DNA from: an uncultured Bacilli bacterium
Lineage (GTDB): Bacteria > Bacillota_I > Bacilli_A > RF39 > UBA660
Direction: 5' to 3'
Length of the DNA stretch: 64,000 bases
Assembly: GCA_949425575.1 (NCBI GenBank)
Contig: CASPVX010000002.1
Coordinates: forward strand, 10,309 to 74,308
Shown: piece after piece, positions 28,290-38,277 of the stretch
Numbering within the stretch: the first letter of the stretch is position 1
Layout: every line of letters begins with the position of its first letter
Program-made: the position numbers and the translations under genes
The notes under the pieces: model-generated
What the model was told of the DNA's origin: nothing
The model's database searches: none
Seen by the model: only the letters and a program-made list of their open reading frames with translations

Positions 28290-28292
28290 TCT

Positions 28293-29210
28293 CTATTTTT
28301 CTAATATAAACATTTCTAACGTATTATTTTTATTTATTTCGCCACTTTTTATTCCCATATCCATATCAGCTAAATCATTTAAATATTTAAGTAATATTTC
28401 ACTTGAATATTTATTTGCTTTTTCAAGTGCTAATTTTACTCTATATGGATGAATTTTTAATATATCAGCAATATCTTTTTCACTATAACCCTTAGACCTT
28501 AATGTTTTACTTTGATAAATTATTCTAAATTGATTAGCAAGCATTATAATTATTTTTATAGGTTCTTCCCCTCTTTTAATTAGTTCATAATATATTTCTA
28601 AAGCGTTTTTTTTATCATCCGTAACTATGTAGTCGATTAGTTTAAAAACGTCTGTATCAACAGTTTTATGCGTTAATTTAAGTATATCTCCATCTGTTAT
28701 AGTTAAATCATTATCTTTATATAAAATTATCTTATTTATTTCATTGGTTAATGTATCTAAATTACTTCCTACTCTATTTATAAGCAATGATATTGTTCCT
28801 TGTGAAATACTATAATCGGAAAGCATATTTTTAACTATAGATTTAGGATCTGTTTCATTAAATTCTTTAACAGTCCCATTTTTTCTAATTAATTTTGTTA
28901 TTTTTTTTCTTTCATCTGGCTTTTCTGAATTTAGTATAAATATAATTTGGGTATTAGGATTAGGATTATTTAAATATTCCTCAATTATTTCATCTGCTTT
29001 TACACTACCTGAAAATATATTTGAATTATCACAAATAATTATTTTATTTTCTTCAAACAAAGACATAGTTAATGCATCATTTAAAACTACGCCTATTTCA
29101 TCTTCTTCTAAATCATATCTTGAAACATTTAAACCATTATTATCTTTCAATATTTTATCTATTTCTTTTTTTATACCAAAAGCATTAGTTCCATAAAATA
29201 AATATAGCAT
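28293..29210 (-). CDS. holA: DNA polymerase III delta subunit
   Basis: The N-terminal YLFYG motif, about 305 aa in length, and the helical C-terminal domain pattern (PYRVKLALE) are typical of HolA. Confidence 0.7.
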   Translation of the reverse strand: MLYLFYGTNAFGIKKEIDKILKDNNGLNVSRYDLEEDEIGVVLNDALTMSLFEENKIIICDNSNIFSGSVKADEIIEEYLNNPNPNTQIIFILNSEKPDERKKITKLIRKNGTVKEFNETDPKSIVKNMLSDYSISQGTISLLINRVGSNLDTLTNEINKIILYKDNDLTITDGDILKLTHKTVDTDVFKLIDYIVTDDKKNALEIYYELIKRGEEPIKIIIMLANQFRIIYQSKTLRSKGYSEKDIADILKIHPYRVKLALEKANKYSSEILLKYLNDLADMDMGIKSGEINKNNTLEMFILEK

Positions 29211-29270
29211 ATTACCACCTTTTTAATTGTATCAAATTATTAATATTAAATCTATATTTATGAAAGCTTT

Positions 29271-29304
29271 AAAAACAAAAAGAGATGACAAGATAGTCAT
29301 TTCT
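29271..29304 (-). terminator. Rho-independent terminator after uppP
   Basis: On the minus strand: AGAAATGAC-tatctt-GTCATCTCT followed by TTTTTGTTTTT. Confidence 0.7.
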
Positions 29305-29308
29305 TTTT

Positions 29309-30109
29309 TTATAAAAATATAATTGTTAATATTCCAACTGCTAAGCAGTAGTATACAAAATAAATTAATTTACCATTAAGCATAATATTTTTAAACCATT
29401 TAGTAGCATAGTAAGTTAAAATAAATGCAGCAAGCATTCCTACTAAATAACAAGTAAGTAAGCTTAAATCAATACCTGATTCAGCAATGTCTTTAACTCC
29501 TAAAAGCATAGTTGCAAGTGAAATTGGAATATATAACATAAATGAAAATTTAAATGCAGCTTCTCTTGTTAATCCGGAAAACATTCCGCCAACTATTGTA
29601 GCTCCACTTCTGCTTATTCCTGGAAGAAGTGCGACTACTTGAAATAAACCTATTTTTAATGCGTCTTTCATTGTCATTTTATTTTCGGTTTTTTTACCTT
29701 TCATTTTTCTAATTATAAATAGGAAAATAGCTGTTACAAGTAAAGCAATTCCTATATATTTAGGGTTTGACATATATTTTTCGATTATATCATTAAATAA
29801 AAGTCCCATTACTCCTGCTGGAATAGTCGCACATATAATGAACATCCCATATCTAAAATTATGATAGTATTTTTTTTCACTTGTTTTGATATATGCGAAG
29901 AAATCTTTTGCAATTTCTAGAATATCTTTCCAAAATAAAACAATGATTGCTATTAAACTTCCAAAATTAGCAAATATCGCAAAATTTAAATCGTCTAGGG
30001 CATCTAAATGAAATAGGTTTTGAAAAATTACTAAATGTCCACTAGATGAAATTGGAATAGGTTCTGTAAATCCTTGAATAACTCCTAACAATAAATACCA
30101 AAAAATCAT
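29309..30109 (-). CDS. uppP: Undecaprenyl-diphosphate phosphatase
   Basis: GFTEPIPISSSGH and PGISRSGATI motifs. The ATG at 30109 follows an AAAGGTGA RBS. Confidence 0.9.
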   Translation of the reverse strand: MIFWYLLLGVIQGFTEPIPISSSGHLVIFQNLFHLDALDDLNFAIFANFGSLIAIIVLFWKDILEIAKDFFAYIKTSEKKYYHNFRYGMFIICATIPAGVMGLLFNDIIEKYMSNPKYIGIALLVTAIFLFIIRKMKGKKTENKMTMKDALKIGLFQVVALLPGISRSGATIVGGMFSGLTREAAFKFSFMLYIPISLATMLLGVKDIAESGIDLSLLTCYLVGMLAAFILTYYATKWFKNIMLNGKLIYFVYYCLAVGILTIIFL

Positions 30110-30188
30110 AAAAATCACCTTTCTAATCAATACTAATAAAGTATTATTCTTATACTTAAAACATTATAACATTAACAAAAGAAAAAAA

Positions 30189-30743
30189 CTAGTTAATATT
30201 ATTTTTTATTAAATTATAAATATCGTTCCAATCATTAGTACACATATAGTTACTGTCTTTTATATTAAATCCGATTACAAAAGAATTGCTTTTATTTAAA
30301 ACATCCATACACTGCTTTTCTGAATCATCAATAAAAAAATCTATTTTGTTTTTAGCGCAAATATGGCCTTTTTCGTTTCCATCCATAATTAAATTATTTA
30401 TAGGGAAATTATTTTTAATTAACCAGTTCTTAGTGTCCTCATAACCAAAACGAGCTGAGTTTCTTGCTGTTATATAAATAATTTCAAAGCCTTCATTATA
30501 AAGTTTATTAATAACTTTAGATGCGTTTTCTATAGCAGGTGCATCTTTTAGTGCTTCATCAAAGTACTTAGTTTTAAATACTATTTTTTCTTCTTTAGTC
30601 CAATCAAATTTATGAAAATATCTCGATTCTGGATGGATAATCCCATTTCCTCTTAATACTTCTCTATCGTATTTTATAAGTAATGGTTCTATAGTTTCTT
30701 CACTTTTACAAATTGTATCATCGATATCTATGCCGATTTTCAT
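30189..30743 (-). CDS. HAD-superfamily 5'(3')-deoxyribonucleotidase-like hydrolase
   Basis: HAD motif I in MKIGIDIDDTI, ..ITAR.., and a distal IDD motif. Confidence 0.55.
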   Translation of the reverse strand: MKIGIDIDDTICKSEETIEPLLIKYDREVLRGNGIIHPESRYFHKFDWTKEEKIVFKTKYFDEALKDAPAIENASKVINKLYNEGFEIIYITARNSARFGYEDTKNWLIKNNFPINNLIMDGNEKGHICAKNKIDFFIDDSEKQCMDVLNKSNSFVIGFNIKDSNYMCTNDWNDIYNLIKNNIN

Positions 30744-30759
30744 AGAAGGCCTCCTTTAT

Positions 30760-32145
30760 TTAATTATGTACTGTATGATGAATTACTGGTGTATTTTCAT
30801 TTAATACACTAAAAGTATAACCATTTCGAAGACCATAGTCAATAATTTTGGGAAGCGCTTTTAAAGAGCCTGTATTTATATCTATATCATGCATCAATAC
30901 AATATTACCTTCATTTGTTAATGAAGAAATAACATTATGATATATTTTTTCACTATTTTTAGTGCCACCTGCATCTCCAGATGAAACATTCCAATCAAAA
31001 TAAACAAATCCATGATTATATGCATCTTTGGTAAGTCTAGACATTATTTTTTTATTATAATGTCTACTTATGCTATTGCTACTACCTCCAGGGAAACGCA
31101 GTATTTTAGACTGCTTTCCTGTAATTTCGAATACTTTTTGTTTTATTAGATCAATATCATTCCAGAAAGCATCATCATTTTTATATATTTTTTCATAATT
31201 ATGACTATATGAGTGTAATCCTATAACATGTCCTTCATCATTAGTTCTTTTCACGATGTGTCTTAAAGCATCTATTTTAGGACCTATTACAAAAAAAGTT
31301 GCTTTTACATTTTTTTCTTTTAAAACATCCAATACCTTAGATGTTAAATACATACTAGGTCCATCATCAAATGTTAAATAAATTGTTTTTTTATGAAAAT
31401 TTCCAACAGTTACTTTTTTATATTTAATGCTTTCATTATTTGATTTATCTTTTACTGAATATTTTACAGTGTAAGTGCCCTCCTTACTTGTGTTGACGTT
31501 TCCATCTATTTTTATATTTTTACTTAAATCCCCATCACAATTGTCACTGGCTTTATAATTGCCTTCATAATAAGGTGAATATATATTAACTTTTTCTTCT
31601 TCCTGAATGTCTATATTGGGGCCTAATACATCTTTATAAATAAGTTTTCTAGTGACTATTTTTTCGTTTCCAGAAGAATCTTTGACACTATAAATAATTT
31701 TGTTTCTACTTCTTTTTATAATTACTCTATCTGTGATTATACCATCGTAATTATCTGTAGCAACAAAACCTTCTTCTTTATAGTTTTTGTTTGGACAGAC
31801 ATATGTGTTTTTTTCTCCCTTTAAAATGATTTCTGGTTTTTCTGTATCGACCACTTTAACTTTTCTTATTCTTTCATATGTTTTATTTTTATATTCCAAT
31901 AAGTATTTTATTTTGTATTCTCCTGTTTTATTTATATCGACACTGTTAAAAACTGTAACATGATTATTAAGATCTTTGAAAAGTTTTTTAGCTTTAAATC
32001 CTGGCTCCTCATAATTAGTTCCAACTTCTATTTCAATATTTTTTTTATTAATAGAAAATGAAGGTATATACATTTTATATATTAAAAAAAATGTTAAAGT
32101 TAATATGATTAAAACATAAATTTTTCTTTTCATTTTCTTCACCAA
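30760..32145 (-). CDS. Membrane-anchored polysaccharide deacetylase (NodB/CE4) with three Ig-like (DUF5011-type) repeats
   Basis: N-terminal TM, repeated ..Y.EPG/Y.EEGF.A.DN.DG.. modules, and NodB motifs LTFDDGP, HSYSH, RFPGGS, LMHD. Confidence 0.8.
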   Translation of the reverse strand: MVKKMKRKIYVLIILTLTFFLIYKMYIPSFSINKKNIEIEVGTNYEEPGFKAKKLFKDLNNHVTVFNSVDINKTGEYKIKYLLEYKNKTYERIRKVKVVDTEKPEIILKGEKNTYVCPNKNYKEEGFVATDNYDGIITDRVIIKRSRNKIIYSVKDSSGNEKIVTRKLIYKDVLGPNIDIQEEEKVNIYSPYYEGNYKASDNCDGDLSKNIKIDGNVNTSKEGTYTVKYSVKDKSNNESIKYKKVTVGNFHKKTIYLTFDDGPSMYLTSKVLDVLKEKNVKATFFVIGPKIDALRHIVKRTNDEGHVIGLHSYSHNYEKIYKNDDAFWNDIDLIKQKVFEITGKQSKILRFPGGSSNSISRHYNKKIMSRLTKDAYNHGFVYFDWNVSSGDAGGTKNSEKIYHNVISSLTNEGNIVLMHDIDINTGSLKALPKIIDYGLRNGYTFSVLNENTPVIHHTVHN

Positions 32146-32174
32146 TATAAGTATATATTTTTATTTAAAAAAAA

Positions 32175-32804
32175 CTACTGTTTAACAGTAGTTTCTTCTA
32201 ATGAATATTTACAACCGCAGTAATCTTGTCTATATAAATTAAAAAACTTTGCAAGTTCATTACTTCTTTTATAGCCCTCTTTTTTCTTAAAGTCTGAATA
32301 TAAATATTTAATGCCATATTCTTTTTCCAATATGCCCCCTATTTTATTTAAAATTTCTGAATTTTTATGGGGACTTACAGATAAAGTGGTCGAAAAGAAA
32401 TCGAAATTATTCTCTTTAGCATATTTGGCAGTTTTATCTAATCTTATATGAAAACATTTATTACATCTCACTCCACCTTCAGGTTCATTTTCAAGACCTT
32501 TTACATCGAATTCATCTTCTAAATAACCGAGCTCAACAAATTTAACATTCTCATTTATTTTTTTTAATAGTTCTTTTTGAGTATTTAATCTTTTAGTATA
32601 TTCGCTTTCAGGATAAATATTTGGATTATAATAAAAAATTGTAATATCGAAAAATGGAAGTAATCTTTCGATAACTGAACTAGAACAGACACCGCAGCAT
32701 GCATGTAATAAAAGTTTTGGTTTTTCTTTTTCTAAATTTTCAATAATTTCTTCCATTATTTTATTGTAATTAGTTTTCATAAAATCATTATTTCCCTTCT
32801 TCAA
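32175..32804 (-). CDS. queH: Epoxyqueuosine reductase QueH
   Basis: LLLHACCGVCSS, a CNKC-containing block, and a C-terminal YRQDYCGC motif (DUF208). Confidence 0.8.
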   Translation of the reverse strand: MKKGNNDFMKTNYNKIMEEIIENLEKEKPKLLLHACCGVCSSSVIERLLPFFDITIFYYNPNIYPESEYTKRLNTQKELLKKINENVKFVELGYLEDEFDVKGLENEPEGGVRCNKCFHIRLDKTAKYAKENNFDFFSTTLSVSPHKNSEILNKIGGILEKEYGIKYLYSDFKKKEGYKRSNELAKFFNLYRQDYCGCKYSLEETTVKQ

Positions 32805-32818
32805 ATGATTATATCACA

Positions 32819-33445
32819 TTAATCTTTTAATTTGACCCCTAATACTGTAATTAATTCATGGGCTTGAAATCTATCAATTATTATCCCTTTTATAGAAAAG
32901 CTATCTATCATTATATTTTGAATATTAGAGGTAGATAGATCTACATCTTTTAAACTTGTTCTGAAAATTTCCGCTGAACTTAAGTTTACTTCATTTAATT
33001 CTATATTTTGTATTTCGGTTTCATAAAAAGTCATTTCAGTAGCATCTACATTATCAAAAACAATGTTTTTCATTTTTGCGTTTGTAAAATTAATATAGTT
33101 TGCTTTTGAGGAAACAAAAGCAACATCTTTTAAATGAGCATTAATAAAGGAAGTTCCAACTAAACGACAATTTATAAACTTAACCCTTTGAACAAACTTT
33201 TTGTCAAAAATTTTATTTGATAAGTCGCAATTTTCAAATACTACATCGATTAAATCAATATTTTTTAATTTTATATTCTCAAAATTGACGTTTTCAAAAA
33301 TAACACTGTCAAATGTAGCATCTTCAATGTTAAAAATACCATCAATAGGTCCTTTAAAAATAGAATCATTATAATAGTGTTCTTTATTTGCTTTTACAAA
33401 ATCATTTAAAACAGCGTTTTCTATTTTTGGATTAACTAATTTCAT
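32819..33445 (-). CDS. Pentapeptide-repeat protein
   Basis: Tandem A(D/N)LXX-type pentads throughout (FENVNFENIKLKNIDLIDVVFENCDLSN...). Confidence 0.8.
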   Translation of the reverse strand: MKLVNPKIENAVLNDFVKANKEHYYNDSIFKGPIDGIFNIEDATFDSVIFENVNFENIKLKNIDLIDVVFENCDLSNKIFDKKFVQRVKFINCRLVGTSFINAHLKDVAFVSSKANYINFTNAKMKNIVFDNVDATEMTFYETEIQNIELNEVNLSSAEIFRTSLKDVDLSTSNIQNIMIDSFSIKGIIIDRFQAHELITVLGVKLKD

Positions 33446-33510
33446 ACTACCACCAATTTCATTATACTATTTTTTAATAAAAAGAAAAATCCCAATTAAG
33501 GGATTTTGCA

Positions 33511-33666
33511 TTATATCATTTCTTCTAACTTATCTTCTGCCATACGTTTTGTATTGTGCATGGCTTTTTTCATAGCACACATCATTGGCTTATTATATCT
33601 CTGGTAAGCTAAAGTAGCAGCACTACCAACGGCCAATAAAGAGATTGTTCTCATTACTTCTTTCAT
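33511..33666 (-). CDS. Unannotated 51-aa small protein (MKEVMRTISLLAVGSAATLAYQRYNKP...)
   Basis: AGGTGA RBS 7 nt upstream of the ATG. The stop is followed by the hairpin AAATCCC-ttaatt-GGGATTT plus a T-run (33486-33507). It is below the ORF-track size cutoff. Confidence 0.5.
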   Translation of the reverse strand: MKEVMRTISLLAVGSAATLAYQRYNKPMMCAMKKAMHNTKRMAEDKLEEMI

Positions 33667-33730
33667 TATATTATCACCTGCTCGCTAGAATCATGATAGT
33701 ATGTATTAAACATACATTAATATGTTTTCC

Positions 33731-35938
33731 CTATTTATTAAATCTATACATTAATTTTTGAAGTAAATTAGAATTTCTTTGATATTCATTGTCATTATAA
33801 GTACTTTTAGCAAAAACATTTGGTTCTCCTATTAAAATTAATTTTCTTTTGGCTCTTGTAACTGCAGTATAAATTAATTTTTTATAAAGCATTCTATAAT
33901 ATGATCTACTTATTGGTAAAATTACCATTTCAAATTCACTTCCTTGACTTTTATGAATACTTATTATAAAACCATGTTTTATCTTAATAAAATCTTTTGG
34001 CGTATATTTAACTGTATTTCCATCAAAATCAACATAAATTTCGTTTTTACCACTCTTACTAGTATTACCATACTTAATATATTTAATAACTCCTATATCG
34101 CCATTAAAAACATTTTCATCTGGCATATTAACTAATTGCAAAATTTTATCATTTTCTCTAAATGTAACATCTCCATATTTTATTTCACGTTTAGTTTCAT
34201 CTTTTGGATTAAATATATCTTGCAATTCCATATTTAATAAATCGATCCCATTTTCTCCTTTATACATAGGTGCGAGAACTTGAACTCGTTTATAGTCATA
34301 ACCTTTATTAACTACTTGATTACATAAGTTTCTTAAATTTTGTTTTATGCTTTCAGAAGAACATTTTAAAAAGGTATAGTCGCTTTTTGTTTCTAAAAAT
34401 GTTTCACTAAGTTCACTATCTTTTATTTCATAAGCTAGTGTTGTAATATAAGAATCTTCTTCTTGTCTATATAATTGGTCTAAGTGAATAGTATCAATAA
34501 CGTCACTACCTATTAAATCTTTTAAAATTTGTCCTGGACCAACACTTGGTAATTGGTTATAATCTCCTACTAGTATAATTTGTGTATTAAATTCAAGTCC
34601 ATTTAAAAGCGAATTAAATAAACAAATGTCAATCATACTTACTTCATCAATAATAACAAGTTCTACTTTTGATTTTTTCTTTTCATTAACCATAAACTCG
34701 CCTGTTTCTTTATTCCATTTTAAGAAACGATGAATAGTAGACGCAGGTAAAAGTGTTGATTCACTTATTCTTTTGCTAGCTCGGCCTGTTGGCGCTAAAA
34801 GAGCACACTTCTCTACTAACGTATCATAATCATAGCGATTAAGTTTACTATAAGCTTCTACAATAGCTTTAATAATTGTTGTTTTTCCAGTCCCAGGACC
34901 TCCAGTAATTATTAAAATATTACTTTCTAAGGCTTTAGTTATAGCTAATCTTTGTTTTTCATTATAGTTTTTTTCATTTTCTTTTTCTAATTGTTCAATT
35001 ATTTTATCTATATCTTTATATTGGTGACCATTTCTATTTGTAAGAAAGTGAAGCTTATTAATAATATTTTCTTCTGCATCCCATATTTCTTTTAAATAGT
35101 AACCTTCTTCATATTTTATAATTTCATTTGATTCTATTAATTCTTCTAAACATTCATCATCGTCTAATTTAATGTTTAAATTGTTAAAAAGACCGTTATA
35201 AATCATATCTTTAGTTAAAAAGGTATCTCCTGTTTGATAAATAATTGTTTGGATTAAATAAATGATTGCCGCTTTAATTCGCCTTTTATCATTTTTTTCG
35301 TAGCCTAAAATAGACGCTGCTGCATCTATTTTGGAAAAAGAAACTTCATTAACTTCTTTTATTATTCTGTAGATATCTTCATCTAAGATTTGCTGGGTTT
35401 TACTTCCGTAGGTATTATATATAATTAGTGAGTCTTTCGTACTAAAACCTAGTTCATTTAGTTTAACAATAACATTATGACTTTCATCATATCTAAGTAA
35501 AATACTATATATTTTCTCTGCTTTTTTTTGCGGAAGTTTTGGCACCAACATTAAACACGATTTATCTTTGATTATTTTATCTAATGCATCATTTCCTAAT
35601 ACTTCTACAATTGTTTTAGCCATTTTTTCTCCAACTCCTGGAAATAAATCACTAGATAAAAATTCTATAATGCTTTCAGTATCAGTTGGTTTTACTCTTT
35701 CATATGCGCTTACTTGAAATTGAAAGCCATATCTTGGATGATTAACGTCTTCTCCATAGAGAATATACGTATCATCTTCATTTAAATCATGAAAATATCC
35801 AGTAAAAGTAATTGTTTTATTTATATAATCTTTAAGGTTTTCTTTATTTGTATCACGTACTTTAAAAAGTCCGATAATATAACCTTTATCAGACCTAAAT
35901 ATACTTTTTCGATAATTTCCTTTTATATAGTATTTCAT
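33731..35938 (-). CDS. recD2: RecD2-type ATP-dependent DNA helicase (RecD/TraA family, YrrC-like)
   Basis: HhH region, Walker A (ITGGPGTGKTT), Walker B (VIIDEVSM), GD.NQLPSVG, and SIHKSQGSEF..TAVTRAK. Confidence 0.9.
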   Translation of the reverse strand: MKYYIKGNYRKSIFRSDKGYIIGLFKVRDTNKENLKDYINKTITFTGYFHDLNEDDTYILYGEDVNHPRYGFQFQVSAYERVKPTDTESIIEFLSSDLFPGVGEKMAKTIVEVLGNDALDKIIKDKSCLMLVPKLPQKKAEKIYSILLRYDESHNVIVKLNELGFSTKDSLIIYNTYGSKTQQILDEDIYRIIKEVNEVSFSKIDAAASILGYEKNDKRRIKAAIIYLIQTIIYQTGDTFLTKDMIYNGLFNNLNIKLDDDECLEELIESNEIIKYEEGYYLKEIWDAEENIINKLHFLTNRNGHQYKDIDKIIEQLEKENEKNYNEKQRLAITKALESNILIITGGPGTGKTTIIKAIVEAYSKLNRYDYDTLVEKCALLAPTGRASKRISESTLLPASTIHRFLKWNKETGEFMVNEKKKSKVELVIIDEVSMIDICLFNSLLNGLEFNTQIILVGDYNQLPSVGPGQILKDLIGSDVIDTIHLDQLYRQEEDSYITTLAYEIKDSELSETFLETKSDYTFLKCSSESIKQNLRNLCNQVVNKGYDYKRVQVLAPMYKGENGIDLLNMELQDIFNPKDETKREIKYGDVTFRENDKILQLVNMPDENVFNGDIGVIKYIKYGNTSKSGKNEIYVDFDGNTVKYTPKDFIKIKHGFIISIHKSQGSEFEMVILPISRSYYRMLYKKLIYTAVTRAKRKLILIGEPNVFAKSTYNDNEYQRNSNLLQKLMYRFNK

Positions 35939-36052
35939 ACTATCACCATAATAATTATATTACGAACTAATGTTTTTGTAAAGGGAAACTTAAAATAACA
36001 TTTATATAATATGTATCTTTATTCACAAAAAAAGTATGTTTTTACATACTTT

Positions 36053-36919
36053 CTATATCATTGTTTTATCACTATGATTAGCCTTAGCTTCAGCTTTAGC
36101 ATCTGTTAGATCATCAACAAAGCCACTTTCAATAAGTGCGTCTTCCCAGGCTTTTAATTGATCTATATCATATTCATCATTTGGATCATAAGAAGCTCCA
36201 AATTTTTCATTAAATACTGATACAACAATAGGACCAGTAATATCTTTATTTTCTTCATCTACTTTAGTTTGTGTTAAATCATCTGCATAACCACCTTTTA
36301 CAAGTTGATCTTGCAGATCCATTAGATATCCTGCATCATATTCGGCATAAGGATCTAAAGATGTTCCTGATATTTCATTATATAAACTAACAATACTAGG
36401 GCCATCTTCTTTCTCAAATGCTTTATTACTTGTTTCAATTGCAGCAAAACCACCAACTAATACAGTTGCTAAAGAAACTGCCATTACAGCATTTTTGATT
36501 TTAGCAGGTCTAGAAATTTTTCTTTTAACTTTACTTAATTCTTCTTTTAAATTGTTGGAGTTTTTCCATAAATGAGAACCTGTTTCTAAAGTTTCATGTG
36601 CTGCTTCAATAGCTTCTCTTAACTTAGGTTCAGCTTCACCTAATTTTAAAGTTTTTCTAAGTTTTGAATCATTAACTTTTTTATATACTTCTTCTGCCTC
36701 ATAAATTGTAGCTTCTAAATCTGCCTGTCTATTAGGTTTTCCTGGCGTATAAGGTGTTGTGAAATCATTTCCATATAAAATAGATGGATCTATTGTTTCT
36801 TTTCTATGTTTAGCTCTCAATACTTTTTTTGTTGGAGTATCGCTTACAGCACCAGCTCTTGAAAGCTGTTCTAAAGCATCATATTCACTCCAAAATTTCC
36901 CTTTACTTCCATATGTCAT
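36053..36919 (-). CDS. Hypothetical single-pass membrane protein with two tandem ~50-aa C-terminal repeats
   Basis: The ATG at 36919 follows an AGGTGA RBS. The TM is AVMAVSLATVLVGGFAAI. The repeats are GPSIVSLYNEISGTSLDPYAEYD..L.D.L..GGYADDLT and GPIVVSVFNEKFGASYDPNDEYD..L.A.EDALIESGFVDDLT. Confidence 0.6.
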   Translation of the reverse strand: MTYGSKGKFWSEYDALEQLSRAGAVSDTPTKKVLRAKHRKETIDPSILYGNDFTTPYTPGKPNRQADLEATIYEAEEVYKKVNDSKLRKTLKLGEAEPKLREAIEAAHETLETGSHLWKNSNNLKEELSKVKRKISRPAKIKNAVMAVSLATVLVGGFAAIETSNKAFEKEDGPSIVSLYNEISGTSLDPYAEYDAGYLMDLQDQLVKGGYADDLTQTKVDEENKDITGPIVVSVFNEKFGASYDPNDEYDIDQLKAWEDALIESGFVDDLTDAKAEAKANHSDKTMI

Positions 36920-36941
36920 ACTATCACCTATTTTAAATATA

Positions 36942-38213
36942 TCAAATATGTATACTTTCGTCAATAAATACACCATTTATATATGGGTAATTTACATCTG
37001 TAAGTTTTATTTTTATAGTTTCATTTAATGGAACTTTATCGGTTTTGACTAATAAATAATTACCAGTGTGCCCAATTACATGATTATCTTTTATTACTTC
37101 TGGTAAAAAAATAACTTCCTTATTTATAAACTTATTCATATATTCTATTTCTAGTTTTTTAGATAATTCTAATAATTTTTTTACTCTTTCTTTTTTGATT
37201 TCGTTTGAAATCTGATTTGGCATTTTATCGGCTACTGTACCTTTTCTATTTGAATAAGGAAATACGTGTAATTTACTAAACTTAATTTTTTTAATAGTTT
37301 CCATTGTTTCTTCATATAATTCTTCTGTTTCGCCAGGAAATCCAGTAATTACATCTGTTGTAATAGAAATATTAGGTCTTATTTTTCTTATTTTTTCTAT
37401 TTTTTCTATGAAATATTCTTTATCATATTTTCTATTCATTAGTTTTAATATTCTGTTTGATCCTGATTGAAGTGGAATGTGCATATGGTCTACTAGAATT
37501 TCACTATTTTTTAAAACATCTAAAAACTTATCATTTAATTCTGTTATTTCTATTGATGAAATTCTAAGTCTTTCTAATCCCTGTATTTTAACTAGATCAG
37601 TTAATAGGTCTGAAAAATCATATTCACCATCTTGATAATGACCAGTATGAATACCAGTTAAAACAATTTCTCTATGGCCTGTTTTTATTAAATTTTTAGT
37701 TTCGCTTATAACTTCATCATGTGGTTTACTTCTTACGTTTCCTCTAACATAAGGAATTATACAATAAGAACAATAATTATTACAGCCATCTTCTATTTTA
37801 ATATACGCTCTTGTCAAATTAAAATTATTAAGTTTCATACATTCAAATGGTTCATTATCTAATGAACTAACATCTATTATCATTTTATTTTTATATTCTT
37901 CTATATAAGAAACAATTTTTGATTTATTTTTATTTCCAATAGCAATATCGATACCTAATGATTCTAAATCGGTTCCTTTATTTTGGACTAAACACCCTGT
38001 AGCTACGATAATTGCATTTGGAAATTCTCTTTTTAATCTTCTAATTAGTTTAGCTGATTTATTATCAGCAGTATTAGTTACAGTACATGTGTTTATTATA
38101 CAGATATTAGGTGTTTCTGATTTTGTATATCCTGCTTTTTCTAATAATTCTTCCATTACTGTACTTTCATAAGTGTTTACCTTACATCCTAAGGTGTATA
38201 TTTTAAAGGTCAT
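36942..38213 (-). CDS. mtaB: tRNA t6A37 methylthiotransferase MtaB (radical SAM MTTase)
   Basis: N-terminal TLGCKVN, the radical-SAM motif CNNYCSYCIIP, and a C-terminal TRAM-like region. Confidence 0.85.
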   Translation of the reverse strand: MTFKIYTLGCKVNTYESTVMEELLEKAGYTKSETPNICIINTCTVTNTADNKSAKLIRRLKREFPNAIIVATGCLVQNKGTDLESLGIDIAIGNKNKSKIVSYIEEYKNKMIIDVSSLDNEPFECMKLNNFNLTRAYIKIEDGCNNYCSYCIIPYVRGNVRSKPHDEVISETKNLIKTGHREIVLTGIHTGHYQDGEYDFSDLLTDLVKIQGLERLRISSIEITELNDKFLDVLKNSEILVDHMHIPLQSGSNRILKLMNRKYDKEYFIEKIEKIRKIRPNISITTDVITGFPGETEELYEETMETIKKIKFSKLHVFPYSNRKGTVADKMPNQISNEIKKERVKKLLELSKKLEIEYMNKFINKEVIFLPEVIKDNHVIGHTGNYLLVKTDKVPLNETIKIKLTDVNYPYINGVFIDESIHI

Positions 38214-38277
38214 AATACTAACCTCCTTTGCATTAATATTACATTTTTACTTAAAGCATGTCAAATTAAAACAACTA

